Shown here: positions 42,334-49,471 of the stretch, in pieces | Position numbering within the stretch: position 1 is the first letter of the stretch | Layout: the number at the start of each line of letters is the position of its first letter | Assembly (NCBI GenBank): GCA_036555375.1 | Contig: DATBLJ010000018.1 | Span: 2,617-66,616, forward strand | Source of the DNA: Candidatus Limnocylindria bacterium | Lineage (GTDB): Bacteria > Chloroflexota > Limnocylindria > QHBO01 | Length of the DNA stretch: 64,000 nucleotides | Direction of reading: 5' to 3' | Made by a program: the position numbers and the translations under genes | Notes under the pieces: generated by a model | Told to the model about the DNA's origin: nothing | Database searches by the model: none | What the model saw: only the letters and a program-made list of their open reading frames with translations

Positions 42334-43338
42334 ATGGCCACCGCCCGCCGCAACCAGGTCCGTCGCCCGACCACCGCCAAGCGGCGAGCCAGCCGCTCAC
42401 CGCTGCTGGAGGCCCGCGCCGCCGCGCCGCTGGCGCTTCGCAACGGCACCGCCGAGGCGGGGGAGCGACTCGGGGTGCGGAAGACCTACAAACTGTTCAT
42501 CGGTGGCGAGTTCCCACGGACGGAGTCCGGCCGCTCGTACCTCGTCCACGACGCCACGGGCCGGCTGCTCGCCAACGCGTGCCGCGGGACGCGGAAGGAC
42601 ATCCGCGACGCGGTGCGCGCCGCGCGCAAGGTCCAGCCCGAATGGGCGGCGCGGTCCGCCTTCAACCGGAGCCAGATCCTGTACCGGATCGCCGAGCTCA
42701 CGGAGGGGCGTCGTGACCAGTTCGTCGCCGAGGTCCGCGCGGCCGAGGGGGTCGGTCTCCAGCGGGCGCGCCGCCTGGTGGACGCGGCCATCGACCGATG
42801 GGTGTGGTACGCCGGCTGGGCCGACAAGTTTCCGCAGATCCTCGGCAACGTGAACCCGGTCGCCGGCTCGTACTTCAACTTCTCGATTCCCGAGCCGACC
42901 GGCGTGGTCGGGATCGTGGCCGCCGAGGACTCGTCGCTGCTCGGGCTGGTGAGCCGGCTGGCGCCGGTCATCGTGTCGGGGAATGCGGCCGTCGTCCTGA
43001 CCAGCGAGTCACGTCCCCTGCCGGCCATCACCCTGGCCGAGGTCCTCGCCACGTCCGACGTCCCGGGTGGAGTCGTGAACGTCATCACCGGCCTGCGCCG
43101 GGAGCTCGTCCCGCACCTGGCGGCCCACATGGACGTCAACGCGCTCGACGGGTTCGGTCTCGAGCCGGCGTCGGTCGCGGCGGTCGAGGACGCGGCCACC
43201 GAGAACGTGAAGCGTTTCGCCCGCCCGCCGAACGGCGGGCTGACCGGCTACGACTGGCTGTCCGAACAAGCCCAGTCGCCGTACCTGATTGGTGAGTTCC
43301 TCGAGATCAAGACCGTCTGGCACCCGATCGGCGTCTGA
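42334..43338 (+). CDS. truncated aldehyde-dehydrogenase-like protein (N-terminal/NAD-binding half only; catalytic Cys/Glu region absent)
   Basis: 334 aa; aligns to ALDH residues about 1-300 (…YKLFIGGEF…, …PTGVVGIVAAEDSSLLGLV…AAVVLTSE…GGVVNVITG…). Lacks the PWNFP and catalytic-domain motifs. Confidence 0.6.
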   Translation: MATARRNQVRRPTTAKRRASRSPLLEARAAAPLALRNGTAEAGERLGVRKTYKLFIGGEFPRTESGRSYLVHDATGRLLANACRGTRKDIRDAVRAARKVQPEWAARSAFNRSQILYRIAELTEGRRDQFVAEVRAAEGVGLQRARRLVDAAIDRWVWYAGWADKFPQILGNVNPVAGSYFNFSIPEPTGVVGIVAAEDSSLLGLVSRLAPVIVSGNAAVVLTSESRPLPAITLAEVLATSDVPGGVVNVITGLRRELVPHLAAHMDVNALDGFGLEPASVAAVEDAATENVKRFARPPNGGLTGYDWLSEQAQSPYLIGEFLEIKTVWHPIGV

Positions 43339-43365
43339 CGCCGCGAGCTCGGCCGCCAGCGCCGG

Positions 43366-44721
43366 TCAGAGGTTCAGCACGAGCCGCGCGATCTCGAAGT
43401 AGATGATCAGTCCCGTCCCGTCGACGATCGTCGTGATCAGCGGTGCGGAGACGACCGCCGGGTCGACCCCGAGCCGGCGCAGGACGAGCGGCAGCCCCGC
43501 CGCGACGATGGCGGCCCAGAATGAGATGGCCACGATCGTCAGCGCGACGACGATCCCGATGTCCGACTCCACGCCGAGCAGGTAGGCCCGGACGAAGCCG
43601 GCGACCGCCATCACGCCGCCCAGCAGGAGCGCGACGCGCATCTCCTTGAACACGACCCAGGCGATGTCGCGCAGGTCGACCTCGTTCAGGGCCATCGCGC
43701 GGACGATGAGGGTGACGGTCTGGGAGCCGATGTTGCCGCCGGTCCCGATCAGGAGCGGGATGAAGAAGCTCAGGGCGACGACCTCGGTCAGCTCGCCCTG
43801 GAAGTTCTGGAGCACGGTCCCGGTGTAGCCGGCGGCGACGAACAGGAGGAGCAGCCAGAAGACCCGCTTCCGGAAGAGGAGCGGGACACTCGCCAGCCGA
43901 TACGGCAGGTTCAATGGCTGCGAACCTCCGAGGCGCTCGATGTCCTCGGTGGCCTCGGCCTGGAGGACGTCGGCGACGTCGTCCTCGGTGATGATCCCGA
44001 GCAGGTGGTCGGCGTCGTCGACGACCGGGATGGCGAGCAGGTTCCGGTCGGTCAGCAGCCGGGCCGCGGCCTCCTGGTCGGCGCTCGCGCGAATCCGGAT
44101 GGTGCTCGGTGCCATGAGCTCGACGACCGGCGTCTCCGGCGGGCTCAGCAGGAGCCGGTACGAGGAGAGCACGCCCAGCAGATGGCGCTCGGCGTCGATG
44201 ACGTACACGTAGTTCGCCGTCTCCGCCTCGTCGGCCAGCTGGCGGATCGCGGCGGTTGCCTGGGCGGCGCTGGCGTCGGCAGGCACCGCAACGAAGTCGG
44301 GCGTCATCAGGCCGCCGGCCGTCTCGGGGTCGTAGGCCGCGAGCTGGCGGATCTCCTCCGCGTCCTCGGGGCTCATCCGGATCAGGATCTCGTCGGCGGT
44401 CGAGTCGGGCAGCTCCTCGATGACGTCGGCCGCGTCGTCGGGGTCCATCTCCTCGAGCAACGCCGCCGCCTCGGGGCCGGCCAGGGTGCGCAGGATGCGC
44501 GCCGCCTCGAACGGCGACAGTTCCTCGAGGAGCATCGGAATCTCCTCGTCGGGCAGCCACTGGAGGAGGACCGCGACCTCCCGGGACTCGAGCTGGGGCA
44601 CGAGGTCCGCCCACTCGGAGGCACCGATGCGCTCGGCGAGGCCGCGCACGCCCTCCTCCTCGCGCTGGCGAATCAGGGCCTGGACCTCCTCGAGCAGCTC
44701 ACGAGTCTCGACGGAGCTCAT
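43366..44721 (-). CDS. mgtE: magnesium transporter MgtE
   Basis: N-domain, tandem CBS domains, and a 5-TM C-terminal domain with conserved …GTGGNIGSQ… and …IVDGTGLIIYF…. Start ATG at 44721 is preceded by GGAGGTGA. Confidence 0.9.
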   Translation of the reverse strand: MSSVETRELLEEVQALIRQREEEGVRGLAERIGASEWADLVPQLESREVAVLLQWLPDEEIPMLLEELSPFEAARILRTLAGPEAAALLEEMDPDDAADVIEELPDSTADEILIRMSPEDAEEIRQLAAYDPETAGGLMTPDFVAVPADASAAQATAAIRQLADEAETANYVYVIDAERHLLGVLSSYRLLLSPPETPVVELMAPSTIRIRASADQEAAARLLTDRNLLAIPVVDDADHLLGIITEDDVADVLQAEATEDIERLGGSQPLNLPYRLASVPLLFRKRVFWLLLLFVAAGYTGTVLQNFQGELTEVVALSFFIPLLIGTGGNIGSQTVTLIVRAMALNEVDLRDIAWVVFKEMRVALLLGGVMAVAGFVRAYLLGVESDIGIVVALTIVAISFWAAIVAAGLPLVLRRLGVDPAVVSAPLITTIVDGTGLIIYFEIARLVLNL

Positions 44722-44937
44722 CGGATCACCTCCTCTCGGCGCGGCGGGCATGAAAAAACCACCTCGTCGCGCGGGTCGATCTGGGAGCGCGCCGGGTGGC
44801 CGTCGGTCGCCGGAGGTCGAGGATGGCGCGCTAGGCGCTCACCTCGGCACCGGCCGGTCGCCGGCACGCGGTCTGTCGGGTACTACAACCAGCGTCCACT
44901 GGGTCGATGGGGCCTCGGGTACTGAGTCGGGCCGATT
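44722..44937 (-). ncRNA. mgtE 5' leader: putative Mg2+-responsive attenuator (M-box-like), containing an intrinsic terminator with a U6 tract immediately upstream of the RBS
   Basis: A 216-nt untranslated leader between the CGNR gene stop and the mgtE start. Hairpin CCACC-cgg-CGCGC…GCGCG-acga-GGUGG followed by UUUUUU (plus-strand A6 at 44753-44758). AGGUGAG-like 5' element. Context matches known ykoK/M-box riboswitches. Confidence 0.4.
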
Positions 44938-45591
44938 CTAGTGCGCGAGCCCGGTCGCGGGAAGGGGCTCGGGAGTACCAGCGCCGCGCCGCCGCGCCCG
45001 ATGGCGGGCCGCCTTCGCCTGGTTGCCGCAGGTCCGCATATCGCACCAGCGCTTGCGACCGGTGCGGGATCGGTCGATGAACACCTCACGGCAGCCGGGG
45101 TTGGCGCAGATCCGGAGCCGGCTCGTCGGGCCCGTGGCCACGAAGTCGGCCAGGGTGCCGGCGATCGTCGCCCGTGCCTGGTCGAGCCGGTCCCCGACCC
45201 GGGCCAGGCCGTATTCCGTCCCGTCGCTGCTCATCTCGAGCTGGTGGAAGTGGAGGCCGTCGCGGAGGACGTGGTTCAGCTCGCGGACGGTGTCGCGGCT
45301 CGGCTGGCCGCCGTCGATGATCTCGGTCGAGGTGGTCCGGATGAGGTCGCGCAGGCCGCGGAAGCGCTCCATCCGGCGCGCGGCTTCCGCCGGGTCGTCG
45401 CGAAGGGTGGCCCGCTCGGAGCTCGCCGCCCGGTCGGAGAGGAGGCCCGCCTGCCGGAGCCAGGCGACGAGCGCGTCGGCGTCGGGGAGCGTCTCGAGCG
45501 GCCGGTCATGGGTGAACGACAGGGTGTTCACGAACCGGACCCACAGCTCGTTCCCGGGCGGCTCCGGCATGGCTGTTCGTGAGGTCGTCAT
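44938..45591 (-). CDS. CGNR zinc-finger (ABATE domain) putative transcription regulator
   Basis: C-terminal RLRICANPGCREVFIDRSRTGRKRWCDMRTCGNQAKAARHR. Probable leaderless or near-leaderless start ATG 45591, 9 nt after a TATAAT. Confidence 0.8.
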   Translation of the reverse strand: MTTSRTAMPEPPGNELWVRFVNTLSFTHDRPLETLPDADALVAWLRQAGLLSDRAASSERATLRDDPAEAARRMERFRGLRDLIRTTSTEIIDGGQPSRDTVRELNHVLRDGLHFHQLEMSSDGTEYGLARVGDRLDQARATIAGTLADFVATGPTSRLRICANPGCREVFIDRSRTGRKRWCDMRTCGNQAKAARHRARRRGAGTPEPLPATGLAH

Positions 45592-45728
45592 GTTGTAACC
45601 ATTATAGGTGGCTTGACAAGTTACTGACACCCACCTAGCATGGGTAACCGATAAGATTCATTACACAAGTTACCGATGGGTTCCTGGAGTCGCCAGCCAC
45701 GCGCATCGGTCAGGAAAGGAGCAAACGG
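45592..45728. promoter_or_regulatory. AT-rich divergent promoter/operator island (about 50 % GC within a 72 % GC genome)
   Basis: Plus strand: TTGACA (45613-45618), 17-nt spacer, TAGCAT (45636-45641), then a GGAAAGGAG SD before ATG 45729. Minus strand: perfect TATAAT (45606-45601) 9 nt upstream of the CGNR ATG. Four GTAAC/GTTAC half-sites at 45595, 45620, 45644 and 45669 (24-25 bp spacing, alternating orientation). 9-mer ACAAGTTAC repeated 49 bp apart. Confidence 0.6.
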
Positions 45729-45887
45729 ATGAGCCGCGGTCTGACCTACATGGCCCTCATCGCCTCCATCCGCCAGCGCGAGCTGCTCGAGGAGGCACAG
45801 CGGGACCGCTACCAGGCCGTTCCGCGTCGCCGCCGAGGCCGCATCTTTGGGATGAGCCTGCCGCGCGCGCTGCGCCGGACGCGATAG
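45729..45887 (+). CDS. small basic protein, 52 aa, hypothetical (MSRGLTYMALIASIRQRELLEEAQRDRYQAVPRRRRGRIFGMSLPRALRRTR)
   Basis: Not in the ORF track (<60 aa). Consensus -35/-10, strong SD GGAAAGGAG 7 nt before ATG, high GC3, and its own terminator (45908-45935). Confidence 0.5.
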   Translation: MSRGLTYMALIASIRQRELLEEAQRDRYQAVPRRRRGRIFGMSLPRALRRTR

Positions 45888-45907
45888 CCAAGACCTTCCA
45901 ACCAGGC

Positions 45908-45943
45908 AGACGCCGGGCCGACGGGCCCGGCGTCTCCATTTCC
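45908..45943 (+). terminator. intrinsic terminator hairpin (perfect 12-bp stem AGACGCCGGGCC/GGCCCGGCGTCT, loop GACG) followed by a T-rich stretch
   Basis: Perfect inverted repeat 45908-45919/45924-45935, then CCATTTCC. Lies between the small ORF and polX. Confidence 0.55.
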
Positions 45944-45967
45944 GGGACCGATTCGTGGCTTCGTAGA

Positions 45968-47728
45968 ATGGCCGCCATGCCTCGCCCCCGTTCCATCCGC
46001 CGGTCCGACACCGACGGCCTGTCCAACGCCGAGCTCGCGGCCACCTTCCGCGAGATCGGGGACATGCTCGAGCTGCTCGGCGAGGTGCCGTACAAGGCGG
46101 TCGCCTACCGGCGCGCGGCGGATGCCATCGAACGCTACCCGGCCGACCTCGTGCCGCTCATCGAGGCGGGCCGGATGCCGAAGATCGCCGGCGTCGGGGC
46201 GGCGATCGGCGCGCGGCTGACCGAGCTCGCGACGACCGGCAGGCTCGAGTACCACGAGCGGCTCCGCGAGCAGGTCCCGCCGGGCCTGGTCGGCGTGCTC
46301 CGGATCGGCGGGGTCGGCCCCCGGACCGCCCGCCAGCTCCACCTCGAGCTGGGCGTGACCTCGATCGACGAGCTGCGCGAGGCCGCCGAGATGGGCCGCA
46401 TCCGCGAGGTGTCGGGGATGTCGGCACGGACCGAGCAGAACATCCTGGCCGGCATCGCACGGCTCGACCAGCAGTCCGACCAGCGCCTGCTCCTTCACGA
46501 GGCGGATCGGCTTGCGAACGAGCTCATCGCGGGCCTCCGGGATGTGACCGGGGTCGAGCGCCTGGCCGCGGCCGGATCGCTCCGGCGCCGGCGGACGACG
46601 ATCGGCGACCTCGACCTGCTGGCCGCCACCACCGACCCGGCGGCGCTGATCGGTGCCTTCCAGGAGCTCGCCGCCGTCGAGCGGGTCATCGCCTCGGGGG
46701 CCGACAAGGCGAGCGTCGTCCTCGCCGCCGACGGGAAGCGCCAGGTCGACCTCATGGTCTGCCGGCCGGAGGCGTGGGGGACCCACCTCGTCCACTTCAC
46801 CGGGAGCAAGGAGCACAACGTCGCGCTCCGCGAGCGGGCGCTCGATCGTGGCCTGTCGCTCAGCGAGAAGGGGTTCCGCGTCGTCGAGACGGGAGAGCTG
46901 CTGCTCGACGCCGACGAGGAGGCGGTCTACGCCCGCCTCGACCTGCCGTGGATTCCGCCCGAGCTCCGCGAGGGCGAGGGCGAGATGGCGGCCGCGATCG
47001 CCGGCACGCTGCCGCGGCTCGTCGAGCTGGACGACGTGCGCGGCGACACCCACACCCACTCCGACTGGACCGATGGCGTGGACACGATCGAGACGATGGC
47101 CCGCGCCGCTCGCGACCGCGGACTGGGCTACATGGTGCTCACCGACCATTCCCCGTCGCTGGGGGTCACCCGGGGACTGACCCCCGACCGGATCGCCGAG
47201 CAGAAGGTCGAGCTCGACCGGCTGAACAGTGAGCTCGCTCCGTTCCGGATCCTGCATGGGACGGAGATGGAGATCCGAGCCGACGGCGCGCTCGACTACC
47301 CCGATGAGCTGCTCGCCCGGTTCGACGTCGTCGTGGCCTCGATCCACGTCGGCCGCAGCCAGCCGACCGAGCAGCTCACCCGACGCTGCCTGGCGGCGAT
47401 CGAGAACCCGAACGTCGACATCATCGCCCACCCGACCGGGCGCATCGTGAACCGCCGCGACCCGGTGTCGTTCGACTGGCCGCAGGTGTTCGAAGCTGCG
47501 GCCCGGACCGGGACCCGGCTCGAGATCAACGGCAGCCCGCGGCTCGACCTCGACGAGCGGCTGGCCCGCGACGCGGCCCAGGCCGGGGTGCAGCTCACCC
47601 TCGCCAGCGACGCACATCGGACGGAGGAGCTCGAGTACCTGGACTACGCGGTCGGCGTCGCCCGGCGGGCGTGGCTCGAGCCGGGCCAGATCGCGAACAC
47701 GGCCGGCGTGGAGGGGTGGAGCCGATGA
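45968..47728 (+). CDS. polX: DNA polymerase X family protein with C-terminal PHP phosphoesterase domain
   Basis: 586 aa; N-terminal HhH/8-kDa domain; palm (…GSLRRRRTTIGDLDLL…); PHP domain (HTHSDWTDG…, VLTDHS, …SDAH…). Confidence 0.9.
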   Translation: MAAMPRPRSIRRSDTDGLSNAELAATFREIGDMLELLGEVPYKAVAYRRAADAIERYPADLVPLIEAGRMPKIAGVGAAIGARLTELATTGRLEYHERLREQVPPGLVGVLRIGGVGPRTARQLHLELGVTSIDELREAAEMGRIREVSGMSARTEQNILAGIARLDQQSDQRLLLHEADRLANELIAGLRDVTGVERLAAAGSLRRRRTTIGDLDLLAATTDPAALIGAFQELAAVERVIASGADKASVVLAADGKRQVDLMVCRPEAWGTHLVHFTGSKEHNVALRERALDRGLSLSEKGFRVVETGELLLDADEEAVYARLDLPWIPPELREGEGEMAAAIAGTLPRLVELDDVRGDTHTHSDWTDGVDTIETMARAARDRGLGYMVLTDHSPSLGVTRGLTPDRIAEQKVELDRLNSELAPFRILHGTEMEIRADGALDYPDELLARFDVVVASIHVGRSQPTEQLTRRCLAAIENPNVDIIAHPTGRIVNRRDPVSFDWPQVFEAAARTGTRLEINGSPRLDLDERLARDAAQAGVQLTLASDAHRTEELEYLDYAVGVARRAWLEPGQIANTAGVEGWSR

Positions 47729-48513
47729 GCGCCCTGGCCGACACCCGCCGCCGGCTGCGCGCCGGGCGGGTGCAGGGCGCCCGGGCCGTGCGGCGGGCGG
47801 GACCGATCGGTCTCCCGCTGCTCATGGCGGCCCTGGTGGCCGCCGGCTGGGTCGTCGACCTGGTGGCCCTCGCCGCGGTGCTCGCCCTGGAGCTCGCGAT
47901 CGCGGGCCTCGGCACAGCCGCCCTGCTTGGGGCGGCCCGTCCATCGGCCGGCTACGCGCGGTACGCGATCCTCGCGACCAGCGCGGTGTCGGTCACCCTC
48001 CTCGGGCGCCATCTGCCGCCCGGGATCGGCCCGCTGGCCGCCCCGCTGGCCTGGGCATTCCTGTTCTGGGTCCTGTACATCGAGCGCCATGGGCCGGACA
48101 TGCCCGGCTACCGGCTGTCGCTGGACCTGACCCTCGTCCTGAGCGTGTTCGCCGCCACCGCCGGCATGGCCGACCTGCTGCCCACCGAGCTGTGGCTCCT
48201 GTCACTCATCCTGTTCGCGGCGCTGGTTGCCGTCCCGTGCCTGCGCTCGGCGGAGGCCCGTGGCGCGGTTGGCGTGACCGCCGTCGGCCACTCCCTGCTC
48301 CACCTGCTCGTCGTGCTCCAGGTCGCGCTGGCGATGACCCTGCTCGAGCTTCCGCAGCCGGTTGGGCCGGCCCTGGTGGCGCTCACCTTCCATTCGTGGA
48401 GCGGCGCCGCCGATGCGCTCGAGTCGGGCGTTCCGACCCGCGCGGTGATCCTCGAGTACGGGTCGCTGGCCGCCATCGGCGCCATCGTCGCCCTCTTCCT
48501 CAGCGGAGCCTGA
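47725..48513 (+). CDS. polytopic membrane protein, hypothetical
   Basis: ATG overlaps the polX stop (ATGA). About 7 hydrophobic helices; 262 aa. Confidence 0.55.
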   Translation: MSALADTRRRLRAGRVQGARAVRRAGPIGLPLLMAALVAAGWVVDLVALAAVLALELAIAGLGTAALLGAARPSAGYARYAILATSAVSVTLLGRHLPPGIGPLAAPLAWAFLFWVLYIERHGPDMPGYRLSLDLTLVLSVFAATAGMADLLPTELWLLSLILFAALVAVPCLRSAEARGAVGVTAVGHSLLHLLVVLQVALAMTLLELPQPVGPALVALTFHSWSGAADALESGVPTRAVILEYGSLAAIGAIVALFLSGA

Positions 48514-48641
48514 GCCGGACGCGCAGGCTTCGTTGACAGCCCGCTCGGGCAGGTGCTACAAACTGCTGCCCTCCGACGGTTCCGCCACGCCGTGCGGCGC
48601 CGTTCGCCCACTCATCACGCCGCGGGGAGAGTCGCGCGACC

Positions 48642-49466
48642 ATGACCGCCGGGGATTCTGACGCCAACATCCGCGAGCGCCGCCAGCTTGCCGAGATCGC
48701 GGTTGCCCAGGCTGCCCGCGGGGAGTGGGAGGCGGCCGCCGAGACGAACCGCCAGCTAATCGAGCTGGGCGCCGACGTCGACGCCTACAACCGCCTCGGC
48801 AAGGCGCTGGCCGAGCTCGACCAGCTGACCGATGCGCTGGAGGCCTACCAGAAGGCCTTCGAGCTCGATCGGCTGAACCGAATCGCGGAGCGGAACATCG
48901 AGCGGCTCGAGGCGCTGATCACGTCCGACACGACCCGCGGCGAGAAGCACGCGACCCGCGCGCCGGCCGCCCTGTTCATCGAGGAGATGGGCAAGACCGG
49001 CAGCGCGCGGCTGATCAACCTGGCGCCGGCCAAACATCTCGCCCCGCTGTCGGCCGGCGACGCGATCGAGCTCAAGGCGAGCGACGGCGAGCTCGAGGCC
49101 CGCGTCCGGGGGATCAAGGTCGGGCAGGTCGAGCCGCGCGTCGCGAACCGCCTGCTCGAGCTGATGACCAACGGCAACCGCTACGAGGCCGCCCTGACCC
49201 ACGTCGACGATGAGGACCTCCGGCTCATCATCCGCGAGACCTTCGCCCATCCCTCGAACTTTGGACGCGTGTCGTTCCCGGGCGCCGCGTCGGGTCGCAG
49301 CGGTGACGTTCGGCCGTACATGAAGGGCAGTGCCCTCCGCTACGATGACGACGAAGAGTCGGAGGAGGTCGAAGAGGAGCCGGAAGAGGTCGAGGAGCTC
49401 GACACGTCTCTGCCGGAGCTCTCGACCGAGCCCGACGAAGAAGAGGAACTGCTCGACGAGACGTAG
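48642..49466 (+). CDS. TPR-repeat protein with acidic C-terminal tail, hypothetical
   Basis: SD GGGAGA. TPR-like N-terminus (…AYNRLGKALAELDQLTDALEAYQKAFELD…). C-terminal DDDEESEEVEEEPEEVEELD…DEEEELLDET. 274 aa. Confidence 0.65.
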   Translation: MTAGDSDANIRERRQLAEIAVAQAARGEWEAAAETNRQLIELGADVDAYNRLGKALAELDQLTDALEAYQKAFELDRLNRIAERNIERLEALITSDTTRGEKHATRAPAALFIEEMGKTGSARLINLAPAKHLAPLSAGDAIELKASDGELEARVRGIKVGQVEPRVANRLLELMTNGNRYEAALTHVDDEDLRLIIRETFAHPSNFGRVSFPGAASGRSGDVRPYMKGSALRYDDDEESEEVEEEPEEVEELDTSLPELSTEPDEEEELLDET

Positions 49467-49471
49467 CCACC

